DNA of 64,000 bases, from assembly GCF_046119375.1 (NCBI RefSeq), contig NW_027362768.1:328042001-328106000 (forward strand), written 5' to 3'. Origin of the DNA: Phyllobates terribilis. Taxonomy: Eukaryota. A model generated the notes under the pieces. The model was given only the letters and a program-made list of their open reading frames with translations. It ran no database searches and was not told where the DNA came from. A program made the position numbers and the translations under genes. Below, in pieces: positions 35,901 through 48,159 of the stretch (the first letter of the stretch is position 1; each line of letters starts with the position of its first letter).

Positions 35901-37828
35901 GGAGTGAAGACGCGGCTGCTGCTTGATCTCCGATATCCGTACCGGGGCCCGCGCCTGCGCAGTCCGCACCTCAGACCTCTGGTGGATGTAGGCCTAATAG
36001 ACACGCGTGCTGCACTAGGAGAGGACAACTTTTCTTGATTGTACCGATGGAGGTGTTTACCTCCAGATTAGGGACGTAAGCGTGGATCAATCATGTTTGA
36101 TGTTTTGGAGTTGTGTTCCCGCCTGGTAATTGTCTTGCTAAATGCATCAAATGATTAAACATATCCACATGACAGTAGTAGGTGGTATGCTGAGATGAAT
36201 GAGGGGATTTGAGAACCATTTTATATGTTTCCAAACGTCTTCTCTACCGGGAATCTTTTGGATCTACAGTAGACTAATAATATCTATTAGGTGTACTGCT
36301 AGTGGTTTATCTTGCCATTGTGATCCATGACTGTTATATGAGGATAGGTCTTTTGAGAGACCTCCTGCTTTTGGGTCTCTCCTTAGTCTGCATGTTGTCT
36401 TGTTAGACGTTATAGCCTATTGCTTATTGTTTTGAGCATCTATTTACATTGACAGCATTTGATCATTTTTCCAACATCATTTTTGGGTCTATTTCTGCGT
36501 CATATAGTAATTGTTGTGTGCCTCTAGGCAATAATTTATTGATATCTATTAAAGGTCATCTTTTAACGGGTTTTTTCTTTGATGTGAGACTAGTTTTTGC
36601 ATCGCCATATTTTGAGAGCTATAATTTTTCCATATTTTGGTCGACAGTCATGTGACGGCTCGTTTTTTGCGGGATGACTTGACGTTGTTATTGGTGCCAT
36701 TTTCAGGCACGTGACATTTTTTGATCGCTTTCTATTCCGATTTTTGGGAGGCAGAATAAACAAAAACCAACAATTCAGGAATTGTTTTTTTTTTTACATT
36801 TTTTTTTATGCCATTCTGCGTGTGGTAAAATTGATAAGGCAGCTTTATTCTTCGGGTCAGTACGTTTACAGCGGTACCACATTTATATTGTTTTTCTAGG
36901 TTTTGCGCTTTTACATAATAAAAGCAATTTTATAGAAAAAATTTATTTTTTTGCATCGCTTTATTCTGAGAGCTATAACTTTTATTTTTCGGCTGATGGA
37001 GCTGTATGTCAGCTTGTTTTTTGCGGGACAAGATGACGTTTTCAGCGGTACCATTTTTATTTATAGTCGTCTTTTTGATCGCGTGTTATTCCATTTTTGG
37101 TTTGGCGGTATGATGATAAAGCATTGTTTTTTGCTTCGTTTTTTATTTTTTTTACCGTGTTCACTGAAGGGGTTAACTAGTGGGACAGTTTTATAGGTCA
37201 GGTCGTTCCGGACTTGGCGATACCAAATATGTGTACTTTTATTGTTTTTGTTTTTTTCATAATAATATTTATTGATGGGTACAGTATATTTTTATTTTTG
37301 GTGGATTATTATTATTATTATTTTTTTTTTTCACTTTCTGACATTTTTTTACTTTGTCCCACTATGGGACTTTCACTTTTCTTATTCTGATCGCCTACAT
37401 AGCACAGGAATGGAGCACCATCCCTGTGCCATGCAGGCTGTCAGCGCAGCACAAGGAGAAGATAGTTTGGTCATGCACTGCGCATGACCAAAATATCTTC
37501 CAGCTGTCTGGTGACCCGGATGTTGTCATGACGACATCGGGTCGTCATGGCAACATCCGGGAAGCCGCAGCAGACAGCGCTGGAGGCCGGAAGAGGAGGT
37601 GAGTATCATGATCACCTCCCCTTGCCACCGCAATGCTGCGATCGACTTCGACCGCTCCCTGCACATTGTCACAGCTGACGCCCGGTGCTATCAGCTGACA
37701 CGCGGCGGCGATTGCACCTGCACAGCCTGTGTGCGGGCGCAATCGCAAACACGTACTAATACGCATCAGGCTCTTAAAGCCCAGGGCGCAGATACGTATT
37801 AATACGTCTTGGGCTTTAAAGGGGTTAA
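32971..37828. mobile_element. Large composite TTAA-flanked non-autonomous element (piggyBac-like ends) with nested insertions
   Basis: TTAA-CCCCTTTA at 32971 and TAAAGGGG-TTAA at 37828; internal 394-bp subrepeats; nested palindromic MITE at 34769-35055. Confidence 0.55.
33330..34720 (+). repeat. 394-bp internal tandem subrepeat, about 3.5 diverged copies
   Basis: ATACCCCATATGTG recurs at 33691, 34085 and 34479. Confidence 0.85.
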
Positions 37829-38491
37829 AAAGTGGGGATGGTAAAGAAATAACCTAGTAAATCCTCCACTACTTCTTTGGTGGTCCCACAAGTCTTTGTT
37901 GACTTGTCCTGCAGCTTCTGTGACTTCTGCAGCCAATAACTGATGTTAAAGTGTACAGTACAAGACCGCTGAGAACAGTGATTGGCTGCAGCGGTCATCC
38001 CTGCAGGACAAGTCAGCATGGTCTAGCAAGAGCGGCACTAGCCTGACCAGATCTATCTCTGAAGATGGGCATAAACCTGTAATCTTTTTTATTTTTAGCA
38101 TTGTACAATATTTTATTTCCTTTTATACATTTGCACATGAGGTCGCAGTCGACATTCAGGACAGGTTATTATGTTTAGTTTTCACATTATATTTTCCTTC
38201 CTTCCTGTACACGACGCTGCGGGACAACTGTGATATGTGGCACAAAGAGGGCCGTTTGGGGTTTCCCAAGACCCAAGTCCAGATGAATTCATTTTTGGCT
38301 TCCAGACATTGGCCGACGCCAGCAGAGACGAGGTTTCTCCTCCACCCTCATGTATTGTAATATAAAAGGTATCCCTGAGATGTATTTAAGCTGCTAGTAC
38401 TATTGGCTGGTAAAAACTGCAAACCTAAAAAAATGTTTTAAAAAAAAAATCACTTTTATGCAGCCTCTGGGGTCTTGTAGGAACGTCCTCT

Positions 38492-38554
38492 TCATAACTT
38501 GGATGGATTGCTTTGCAGGTGTGGCTTCAGGTAGGTCTCAAACACTGGATTCAC
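38492..38554 (-). CDS. ACOX2: ACOX2 last coding exon with PTS1
   Basis: 63 nt, VNPVFETYLKPHLQSNPSKL*; CAG acceptor; AATAAA on the minus strand at 38112-38117. Confidence 0.93.
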   Translation of the reverse strand: MNPVFETYLKPHLQSNPSKL

Positions 38555-39909
38555 CTGCGAGAAAACGGGGGGGAAAAAAGTGTGAGGCCAGGTTCACACA
38601 TAGCAAAAGAAAATCTGTGGATTTTGATGCAAATTTGCATTAAAATCAGCTTTGATGCCACAGCAAAATCTGCCATGTTGTATTTGGGCTGCTGGTGTCT
38701 CCTGCAGAGAGCACATGTAACCCCTGCCGTTCTGCTCACTAAAGGGTGTCTCTAATGCAGCTGGTAACTTTTTATATATTTTTAAATAAATATCTTGTGG
38801 CATAAGTAAGTTGGAAAAACTCATTAAAGGGTCAGACACTAACTTCTAGATGCATGTGACGCACAAAGACGTCTTTTTTCCTACCGATTCACATACTTTT
38901 CCCATCAGGAAGCATTGTCTGGCCTAAGACTGTATTCACACACTGTCCTTTTTTCCTGAAATTTTTGTTTTGAAAGTTGTAGCAAATAGTGCCAAGAAGA
39001 AAAAAAAAAAACATCGCAGCCTCAACATGAGAACGCAGCCTAAGGTTTCCCAAGTCAACTGAAAATCTACACAAGCAGAGTCAGACCTTTGATATGGGCA
39101 GTTATCCAAGTGGGCATGGCTTTTTGATCCTCTGTGGGTGTGTTCCTTATGACCACTCCCAGTTGGTAAAAAAAAATAAACCAACTAGAGTTTTCTCTAT
39201 ATCTCAGGAACAGAGAGGAGCAGGAACAAAAGAAAGATATCGCCGGATTCAGGAGAACAGCGGCATTTACACCAGATAATAAAATTACGTATTTATGGCA
39301 CTTGGCAGGTCCTCTTTAAAGGGTGTGACAAAGTCACTGGCAAAGTACTGGAGGGGAAATATGTAGCAGTGAGATTAATAGCTGCAGTAGTTATACATCG
39401 GAAAAAGGTTCCAGCACACGAGTGAGTTAATCAGCCATCTTAGCGCTAGGGTCATTAAACACCTGTAGAAAGGGAAGAACACTGAGAATAAAATCACAGC
39501 CTTTCAGAGCATTTGGTGTGGGAAGGGCCTGGATTCACAAGCTCTGGAGCTGTGGTGTCCATGTTAAGGAAAGCTAAACCTTGGGTTGTTTTGTTCCTGA
39601 AGCAGGTGGTTACCCATAGCAACAAGGACTGTGCCATACCTTATGTTTTGTTTCTCCTGTTAGGCCAGGAAGGCCGTGTTTATTTTGCTAACATTGCTGT
39701 GGTTTATGCAGTGCTCTTAATAAACCACAGAAGATTTAAAGAGACAGTGCTCCTGTGCACCTCTGTGTGCAACCAAGTGAGCCGATCTACCACAAGGCAT
39801 ATGATATAAACATGTCATCTGTGCTGCCACAGGATGACTACCGATGCTGAGGACGATAGCGTCTGTGTCACCTTTCCCGACGTAGGCCAGGAATGTCAGT
39901 AGCCATCAC

Positions 39910-40042
39910 CTTTTTGTTCTCTGGGTTTTTCTGCACCCACTCCAGCAGGTTATGGTACACATTTCCGTCATAGGTCCCGATAGCCGATAACAACTGGTCA
40001 TCTGTGAAATCAAACGCATCGACAAGTAGAACGGCGTCTTTC
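39910..40042 (-). CDS. ACOX2: ACOX2 coding exon 13 of 14
   Basis: 133 nt, (R)KDAVLLVDAFDFTDDQLLSAIGTYDGNVYHNLLEWVQKNPENKK. Confidence 0.95.
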
Positions 40043-40129
40043 CTGCAGATAAAAAAAGGAAAAAAGTTTTACATTGAAGCAAAGTTTCAAAATCCCAGAA
40101 CTAATCTATGCACCAACTACTTTGCTCAC

Positions 40130-40347
40130 CGCCGCTCAGCCAGCAGCCCCAGGTAAGCAGTCGTGGCCATGTCCAGCTGTTTCCCCGATAGGTAGCCATA
40201 TTGGAGGAAGTCCCCAGCACTTGTGACTATCCCATGCAACGCATACAGGTCACACAGCCGCGTCAGGACGGCCTTAATCTCAGGATGATCGGAGACAGAA
40301 TTCAGAGCCGAGATGAAAATCTTCACGGTCAACAGATGTGAATGCGC
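40130..40347 (-). CDS. ACOX2: ACOX2 coding exon 12 of 14
   Basis: 218 nt, AHSHLLTVKIFISALNSVSDHPEIKAVLTRLCDLYALHGI...LLAER. Confidence 0.95.
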
Positions 40348-40653
40348 CTAAAAAGACAGACGACAGCATCTGAGGTTTTGCATTCCTTAGGGGATCACTT
40401 ATTGACTGTGACTTGCATCGGTTGACATGAGGAGGAAATTTTATCCCAAAGTGGAGCAGCAGGTCAGAAGCTCGACCACCACTCCTGGAAAAAAGCTCTC
40501 GGCAGTCAGAGAACAGATGGAGCAGTGGTCAACCATGCGCATGGCTGCTCCATCCTAACAGGGATATAAGCAAGAAATGTATTTTCCCGTAGGGATTTTT
40601 CTCCTGCCTCCCAACGTCGATTAGACAGGCAATAAATGTGAGCAAATACTTAC

Positions 40654-40759
40654 TATTGAGGTTTTCACAAGCTCCACGGAGGTGTTGTTCCACGCCACAT
40701 ATTGCTCAGACCCCAACTGCACCAGGCTCTGCATTTTTTTTGCTGCAGATGAGATGAGA
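40654..40759 (-). CDS. ACOX2: ACOX2 coding exon 11 of 14
   Basis: 106 nt, (S)LISSAAKKMQSLVQLGSEQYVAWNNTSVELVKTSI; donor GTAAGT. Confidence 0.93.
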
Positions 40760-40809
40760 CTGAAAAATATAATATAACATATATATAAAATATAATATAA
40801 TTACATATA

Positions 40810-42383
40810 CACTACTCAAAAAAATAAAGGGAACACTTAAACAACAGAATATAACTCCAAGTAAATCAAACTTCTGTGAAATCAAACTTAGGAAGCAACA
40901 CTGATTGACAATCAATTTCACATGCTGTTGTGCAAATGGAATAGATAATAGATGGAAATTATTGGCAATTATCAAGACACCCTCAATAAAGGAATGGTTC
41001 TGCAGGTGTGGACCACAGACCACATCTCAGTACCAATGCTTTCTGGCTGATGTTTTGGTCACTTTTCAATGTTGGTTGTGCTTTCACACTTGTGGTAGCA
41101 TGAGACGGACTCTACAACCCACAGAAGTTGCTCAGGTAGTGCAGCTCAGCCAGGATGGCACATCAATGCGAGCTGTGGCAAGAAGGTTTGCTGTGTCTGT
41201 CAGCGTAGTGTCCAGAGGCTGGAGGCGCTACCAGGAGACAGGCCAGTACACCAGGAGACGTGGAGGGGGCTGTAGGAGGGCAACAACCCAGCAGCAGGAC
41301 CGCTACCTCCGCCTTTGTGCAAGGAGGAACAAGAGGAGCACTGCCAGAGCCCTGCAAAATTACTTCCAGCAGGCCACAAATGTGCATGTGTCTGCACAAA
41401 CGGTTAGAAACCGACTCCATGAGGGTGGTATGAGGGCCCGATGTCCACAGATGGGGTTTGTGCTCACAGCCCAACACCGTGCAGGACGCTTTGCATTTGC
41501 CGCAGAACACCAGGATTGGCAAAGTCGCCACTGGCGCCCTGTGCTCTTCACAGATGAAAGCAGGTTCACACTGAGCACATGGGACAGACGTGACAGAGTC
41601 TGGAGACGCCGTGAAGAGTGATCTGCTGCCTGCAACATCCTTCAGCATCACCGGTTTGGCAGTGGGTCAGTAATGGTGTGGGGTGGCATTTCTTTGGAGG
41701 GCCGCACAGCCCTCTATGTGCTCGCCAGAGGTAGCCTGACTGCCATTAGGTACCGAGATGAGATCCTCAGACCCCTTGTGAGACCATATGCTGGTGCGAT
41801 TGGCCCTGGGTTCCTCCTAATGCAGGACAATGCCAGACCTCATGTGGCTGGAGTGTGTCAGCAGTTCCTGCTAGATGAAGGCATTGAAGCTATGGACTGG
41901 CCCGCCCGTTCCCCAGACCTGAATCCGATTGAGCACATCTGGGACATCATGTCTCGCTCCATCCACCAACGTCACGCTGCACCACAGACTGTCCAGGAGT
42001 TGGCGGATGCTTTAGTTCAGGTCTGGGAGGAGATCCCACAGGAGACCATCCACAACCTCATCAGGAGCATGCCCAGGCGTTGTAGGGAGGTCATACAGGC
42101 ACGTGGAGGCCACACACAATACTGAGCCTCATTTTGACTTGTTTTAAGGACATTACATCAAAGTTGGATCAGCCTGTAGTGTGTTTTTCCACTTTAATTT
42201 TGGGAGTGACTCCAAATCCAGGCCTCCATTGGTTAATAAATTTGATTTCCATTGATGATTTTTGTGTGATTTTGTTGTCAGCACATTCAACTTTATACAG
42301 AACAAAGTATTCAATGAGAATATTTCATTCATTCAGATCTAGGATGTGTTATTTGAGTGTTCCCTTTATTTTTTTGAGCAGTG
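40810..42383 (+). mobile_element. Full-length Tc1-like DNA transposon (DD34E)
   Basis: TA-CACTACTCAAAAAAATAAAGGGAACAC...GTGTTCCCTTTATTTTTTTGAGCAGTG-TA. Confidence 0.95.
41100..42125 (+). pseudogene. Tc1 transposase with a single in-frame TGA at 41619-41621
   Basis: ORFs 40905-41621 and 41673-42125 share a frame; TDESRF, QDNARPH and DLNPIEH, with 34 residues between the second D and E. Confidence 0.9.
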
Positions 42384-42455
42384 TATTTCACAACAGCACA
42401 TCCGCCACATCAGTGTGCGGCACTAATATTAATGGCGAGTGATGGTTGTCTATTT

Positions 42456-42570
42456 TGAAAGAGAACCGATCGTCCAAAAACGGAACTTGAAGTCGCCGGG
42501 ACGTGATGCCAAATCCTTATCCAGTCCCGGCGACTTCAAATTCCCTTTTTGGACAATTGTTTCTCTTTCA
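42456..42570. repeat. Short hairpin / miniature inverted repeat
   Basis: GAAAGAGAA...CCAAAAACGGAACTTGAAGTCGCCGGGAC pairs with GTCCCGGCGACTTCAAATTCCCTTTTTGG...TTCTCTTTC. Confidence 0.75.
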
Positions 42571-43283
42571 GAACAGTTGTCTCATAAATAACATTATCAC
42601 CTATTTACGGTATAAGTGTACAGGTCTGGCTGCGGAGAATCCCCGAGAATCAGGGGGGACAAAGTTCTCTATGTGCATAGAATGAAATCTGAGCATGTGC
42701 GACCCTTGTATAGACAGTAAATGGAGCAATAGTAGCATGTGCTCCATTGAAGCTGGGAATATTGGGACCCCCGTTTTTGTGATTGGTGGGAATTAGGGGC
42801 GTACATAGAAATCATGAGGCCCCATAGCAGAAATTCTAATTGGGCGATGGCATCGGGCCCCCCAGATCATGGGCTTCATAACATCCTCATGGCCTTCCAG
42901 CATTGGTGGTACACCACTGGTGGAAATACCAGCAGTCAGACCCCCAGTGATCATACACTTACGTTCTATATGTTTTGCGGATTACTCCTTTAAGTAGGCA
43001 TTGCTCCAATTCCCTATGTTTGGAGAGAGTACGCCGGTCCCCCTCACCACCATTACCTCCTGATTATCCTGAATATTTTGGGTTTCCCCATCTTTTAACC
43101 TCCAATTCTTGCTGGAAAGTAAACTTCCTATGTCAGGGTGGTTGTATAGTCCACAATGAGACCCTCTTGTAATTTTGTTTTTAGTTAAACTAGGAAAGGA
43201 TTTTTTTCCTAAAAAAAAAATGAATCTTGGAAGTTAAAACTTTCTTAAAAAGTTAGTAAACTCCTGTGACATCTTTTGTTTAC

Positions 43284-43445
43284 CTGTACGCCCTGTACTC
43301 GTACGCCTTCGAGTACACCTCTGGATTCAGGAAGTCATTGGGCGTCCTCGCCTGGCAGCCGCCGGCAGGTGGAGAGGAGAGATAGGCTGTGCTGGTTGGT
43401 AATGGTGTCCCTGATTGGGCGCCAGCAAAACATTTAACCAAAAAT
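43284..43445 (-). CDS. ACOX2: ACOX2 coding exon 10 of 14
   Basis: 162 nt, (R)FLVKCFAGAQSGTPLPTSTAYLSSPPAGGCQARTPNDFLNPEVYSKAYEYRAY. Confidence 0.92.
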
Positions 43446-43524
43446 CTAGAAGAAAAACAAAGTGAAAAATTAAAAAATAAATAAGAATAACTTGCTAATA
43501 TCAGATCTTGTTACATGGAGTCAC

Positions 43525-43715
43525 CTTGCCACCTGCAAGTGCAGGACGGTATTCTCCCCTTCGTAAGTACACGAGGCGGTAACTTTGGTGTAGAGGCTGG
43601 GTATACCGCTGTACAGGGAGTAGCCGTGGCCGCCACATGCTTTGCGGCAAACTTCTACGCCATTGGAACACATCTCGGTTGCGAAAGCCTTCATTCCGGC
43701 TGCGAGAGCATGGAG
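43525..43715 (-). CDS. ACOX2: ACOX2 coding exon 9 of 14
   Basis: 191 nt, [63 protein letters not shown]; CGGHGY and TYEGEN acyl-CoA oxidase motifs. Confidence 0.97.
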
Positions 43716-44148
43716 CTAAAAGTAAGGAAAGAACATAAGTGTGTTATACAGTCTAGAAGACATCTTCATAGAGTCATGTCAGGAGAACCGGGGGACCAGG
43801 ACCCGAGAGGGGCACCGGCAAAAGGAGCTCAGACGCCCAAAGATCCCAAAGCCAAGGTGCTCTTCCTATTTTATTATTCATGTCCCAGTTCACGGACCAC
43901 CATCGCATGTCGCGATACTCAAAATGAGAGGGGAGCAAAAATATTTGCTCTACCCTGGTACAGCGTCCTTCATGGCAGCTGGACCAGGACAGTTTGAAGA
44001 CCGCCCGGGTCCTGCCGCCACAAAGTATTCCAGACATGGACATTTATGATCACGCAACTTCCGGCTTGCAGTGCGCATGTATATATCAGATGTTTATTCC
44101 CATTCTCTTGCCAAAAATACAAGATTTGGACAATAACCATCATAGTAC

Positions 44149-44311
44149 CTCAGGAAGCAAGCTGAAGTTCTCCTTCCGGATCTCGCCGTACACATCGTTG
44201 TAAAATTTAGCCACATATTTGGCTGTAAAATGGACGGAATAACAAGTTGCCACCAGGGGTAAAAGTTTTTGTTGCTGAGTTTGGTAGTCAAGGATTTTTG
44301 GTTCTCTGTCC
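44149..44311 (-). CDS. ACOX2: ACOX2 coding exon 8 of 14
   Basis: 163 nt, (G)DREPKILDYQTQQQKLLPLVATCYSVHF...NFSLLPE. Confidence 0.96.
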
Positions 44312-44415
44312 CTAGGGGAAAATAAATAAATATCAGAAAAATTAGAGGAAAAAAAAACGAAAAAGAAAACCATTCCATTACAGGAAAAGCTTTATTTATT
44401 CTCCATTTAAAGAAC

Positions 44416-45018
44416 ACATGTCAAACTCTGGCCCGTGGGCTAAATCTGCCCTGCAGGGTGGTCTTATTTGACCCGAGATACCAGAACCATCACCCCTATG
44501 TGGGGGCCATTATTCTGTATGGAGTACTATGTGGGGCCCATTATTCTGTATGGAGGACTATGTGGGGCCCATTATACTGTATGGAGGACTATGTGGGTCC
44601 CATTATACTGTATGGAGGACTATGTGGGGCCCATTATACTGTATGGAGGACTATGTGGGGCCCATTATTCTGTATGGAGGACTATGTGGGGCCCATTATT
44701 CTGTATGGAGGACTATGTGGGGCCCATTATACTGTATAGAGAACTATGTGGGGCCCATTATTCTGTATGGAGGACTATGTGGGGCCATTATTCTGTATGG
44801 AGGACTATGTGGGGCCATTATTCTGTATGGAGGACTGTGTGGGGCCCATTATTCTGTATGGAGGACTATGTGGGGCCCATTATACTGTATGGAGGACTGT
44901 GTGGGGCCCATTATTCTGTATGGAGGACTGTGTGGGGCCAATTATTCTGTACAGACGACTATGTGGGGCCATTATTTCTCATTTGAATTTTGGCCCTCTG
45001 TGTGTTTGAGTTTGACAT
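44416..45018. mobile_element. hAT-like MITE containing a 30/31-bp minisatellite (about 44497-44975, roughly 15 copies)
   Basis: ATGTCAAACTC...GAGTTTGACAT termini; unit GTGGGGCCCATTATTCTGTATGGAGGACTAT. Confidence 0.75.
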
Positions 45019-45459
45019 CTTTAATTTTAACGAAATGTGTCATCAGATAATGACCCATTGTTAAAAATCCTCTCATGGCCTATGAATTACCCAGGCATCC
45101 CATTCATTTCAGTTAAAACTAGGTTATTACTTATGTCCCCTGTGGAGGCGCTGCAGGGAAATTGTACACTTCACACACACATTACAGCAGATCATTATCA
45201 GAAAGTAGACAACCCCTTTAAGCAAATGCTGGCATTATGGAGCATAAACGACAACCAAGGATGAGTGATGTCACCAAGTGAACCTATGATGTCACTAGAA
45301 TTTGACATCATAGGGAATAATATACCAGGAATAATATGCTGTTTCCTAAGTAGATTACATTTTTAATTCAGATGTTGGAAAAAAATTTGGGTGACAACAG
45401 TTATGGTGGGTGTTATGCGGTTTTATTAGTTATCCCCCCTAAAAAATGTGAGTTCTTAT

Positions 45460-45804
45460 TTAAGGGGGTATTCTCATCTCCATTATCCTATCCCAATATG
45501 TAGTAGATGTAACAATAATAATATTAGCAAGTACCTCCAATTAGAAATGTAGTATAGTTCTTCTGATTCGCTATTTAGCTTTCCCCATGTGCAGGGCATT
45601 GTAGTAGCTTAAGTATCCATGGTTACGATCACTCATATAGTGACAGTTAGCAGTTAGTGGTCGTATCCGAAGCTACTGCAATGCCCTGCACATGTGGTAA
45701 GCAACATAGTGAATCAGAAGAACTATACTACATTTCTAATTGGAGGTATTTGCTAATATTACTAAACCTACTACATATTATTGGAGATGGGAATACCCAT
45801 TTAA
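45460..45804. mobile_element. Kolobok/T2-type palindromic MITE
   Basis: TTAA-GGGGGTATTCTCATCTCC...GGAGATGGGAATACCCAT-TTAA; arms pair along most of the length. Confidence 0.75.
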
Positions 45805-45894
45805 TGACTGAATAAAAGTTTTAAAAAAGTTGACGACTCCAAACACATAGGGTCCTGGAGACATATAGATGGCGGACAGTGTTGGCAGACATAC

Positions 45895-46067
45895 CCCGGC
45901 TTTAACTCCGATTGACGTCTGACAGCCGAGTACCGGACGGAAATGGTACAGGCCTTCTTCAGCGCCTCCAGCACCTCGTCCTGCAGCATGCTGACTCGCA
46001 CCGCAATCATGGTGAAATAGTTTATCTTGTCAGATCCACTTTTAACATAGGAGCCATCGGGTAGAAC
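45895..46067 (-). CDS. ACOX2: ACOX2 coding exon 7 of 14
   Basis: 173 nt, [57 protein letters not shown]. Confidence 0.96.
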
Positions 46068-46820
46068 CTGGTACCAAGGAGGAAATCCACATGAAATATC
46101 AATACTGTACAGTAAATAGCAAATATACCGGCAGCCACCCCGACCTTCTGTTCTCTAAGGTCTTTTAGAGTTTGTTCACACATGGAGGATTTTCTGTCCC
46201 CTCGAGCATGTACATGTTGCAATATCTCTCCTGTAAGCACAGGACGTACTTGTGATCTTTACCAGCTCTCATAATGTGACACGCAGAAGCTTAAAACAAA
46301 TGTGTGACATTAGTAGAAACTGTCAGCAAGGAGGGGAACCGGACAGGCAGTTTCCTTGTGACATCTTAGGAAGCAAACGCCAGCATAATGATTCACGTAG
46401 ACGGTCTTGTGAGTCTAAACCATGTTCAGACATTGTATCTTCAGCAATGTCAATTCAAACTAGATTCCCAAGCGGTTGGAAGGCAATGGCACCATAGATC
46501 TCCCACAGCTGGCACGCCGACGTCAGCTACAGGCGAGGATGCCGGGCCACGACCTGGGAGCTGGGAAAGACAAGTCGTTTTTTTCTTCTTTTATGCGCTA
46601 GAAAACAGAGGTAGAACGAGTACATATACACCAGGAAGGAGGCGGGCATATATACCAGGACGGACCCCAAGATGGAGGGGGTGGTAATATATACCAGGAT
46701 GGTAGACATATATACCAGGACACAACCTAGGATGTGGGGGCGGGGGGATATATACCAGGATGGTAATTAGTAACACATACAGTATATGCCAGGATGGAAC
46801 CCAGGATGGGAGAGGGCATA

Positions 46821-48089
46821 TGACTCGCCCCCTGGGCCGTGGGGCACTCGGAGCCGGGCAATAGGGAGACGCTGGGGGGTAGTAGTGGCGACCCGGTCCC
46901 GTGGCTCAGGGTGGTCAGACCAGTGGTAGTCTGCTATGTGCTGTAGGTAATGTCCGACTACGCCACCCGTGGATTGCGGCTATTACGAACCGCCGCTGCA
47001 AGGCAGACCGCTGAGGCTGATGGTGTATGCAGCTGAGGTAGTATAACTCCCCACGGGAAGCATGCAGCCCCAGGGCAGTGTAGTGGATGGTGGGGGTGAT
47101 GGTGCAGGGTGTCCCAGTACCGTTAGTGCTGGCGAATCAAAGAGCACAAAGACAACGTGTTGCAGTCCAGGGTCTTTACTCACAGTTCGTATATTCCCAG
47201 TCACTTCTGTCAGCAATGACCGCCCGAGCCGTGCTCTGTCCACCAGGTGAGGGGCTCGGTCAACCCCCAGGCAGTTCAGGAATATGGCACAGGACCCCCT
47301 TCTATTCCTTTCTCTGGCCTGCCCCACCAGTGACCAACTTTTGGCCAGCTACCGCGGATCTGCGCGGGTAAACGTGGGCCCCTTTGCCCTCTGTCCTATA
47401 TGGTGCCTTCCTAGCAGGTTTGGTGAGGTGTCGCACCAATAAATGATCACGACCTCCTGTATTTGGCTGAGGGTAGTTTCTCCTCCACCAACTTGGGATC
47501 CGGTACCCTTAATCTGCCTGACCCTTCACCCGGTATTCTCATGGGCTCTTAGGGTCTCTTCTACCTTCTTGTTCCTGAGCCCTTCTGTTTCTCGGCCACT
47601 TATTTCCCTTTCCGGTTCCTTCTCTTCTCCTCTGTTCCTTCTCCTCTCAGGCCCCGGCCTTTTCTCTAGGCCTGCCTCTGAGCAGAGCTCCTACAGAGCC
47701 TCTGCTCCCTGTCTTCTCTTTTGCGTTCTCCACCGAACAGATTGAACCTAGATCTAAGATGGTGCCCACCTTTTATACTTCCCTCTAGAACATGTGCCCA
47801 GGTGACCAGCAACCAATGAGCTCCTACCTACGCTCAGGAACCGTCCCCTCCTGCTCCTACATCACCGGGTTTTCCTCCCCCCCTCCCCACTCCAGCCAGG
47901 GACATGGTCTGTTGTGCTTGCATTACTGTATAAATGGGAGCACCGTTGAGCTGTCCCTCGGAAATGGGGTGTGTGTGATGCATGCAGCTACCTGAGCCCT
48001 GGTCCATACTCCATCCTTACCGTAGGGAATATCACACCTCTGGCAGAGGTGCAATACCCCTGTAGCGGCCGAACCCTCGGGGCGCTACA
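46821..48089 (-). mobile_element. Solo LTR (probably Ty3/Gypsy), 4-bp TSD CATA
   Basis: TG...CA ends (TGACTCGCCCC...GGGGCGCTACA); CATA at 46817-46820 and 48090-48093; strand follows an inferred LTR polarity. Confidence 0.75.
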
Positions 48090-48159
48090 CATATATACCA
48101 GGATTGTAATTAGTAAGACCTATATACCAAGACGGAACCCAGGACGGGGGGGAGGCATA

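Noticed and set aside
39609-39623. RFX X-box-like GTTACCCATAGCAAC
   Set aside because: Intronic, no promoter context, and similar motifs are common in frog repeats
44458-45050. Several 87-173 aa ORFs
   Set aside because: Products of the 30/31-bp minisatellite
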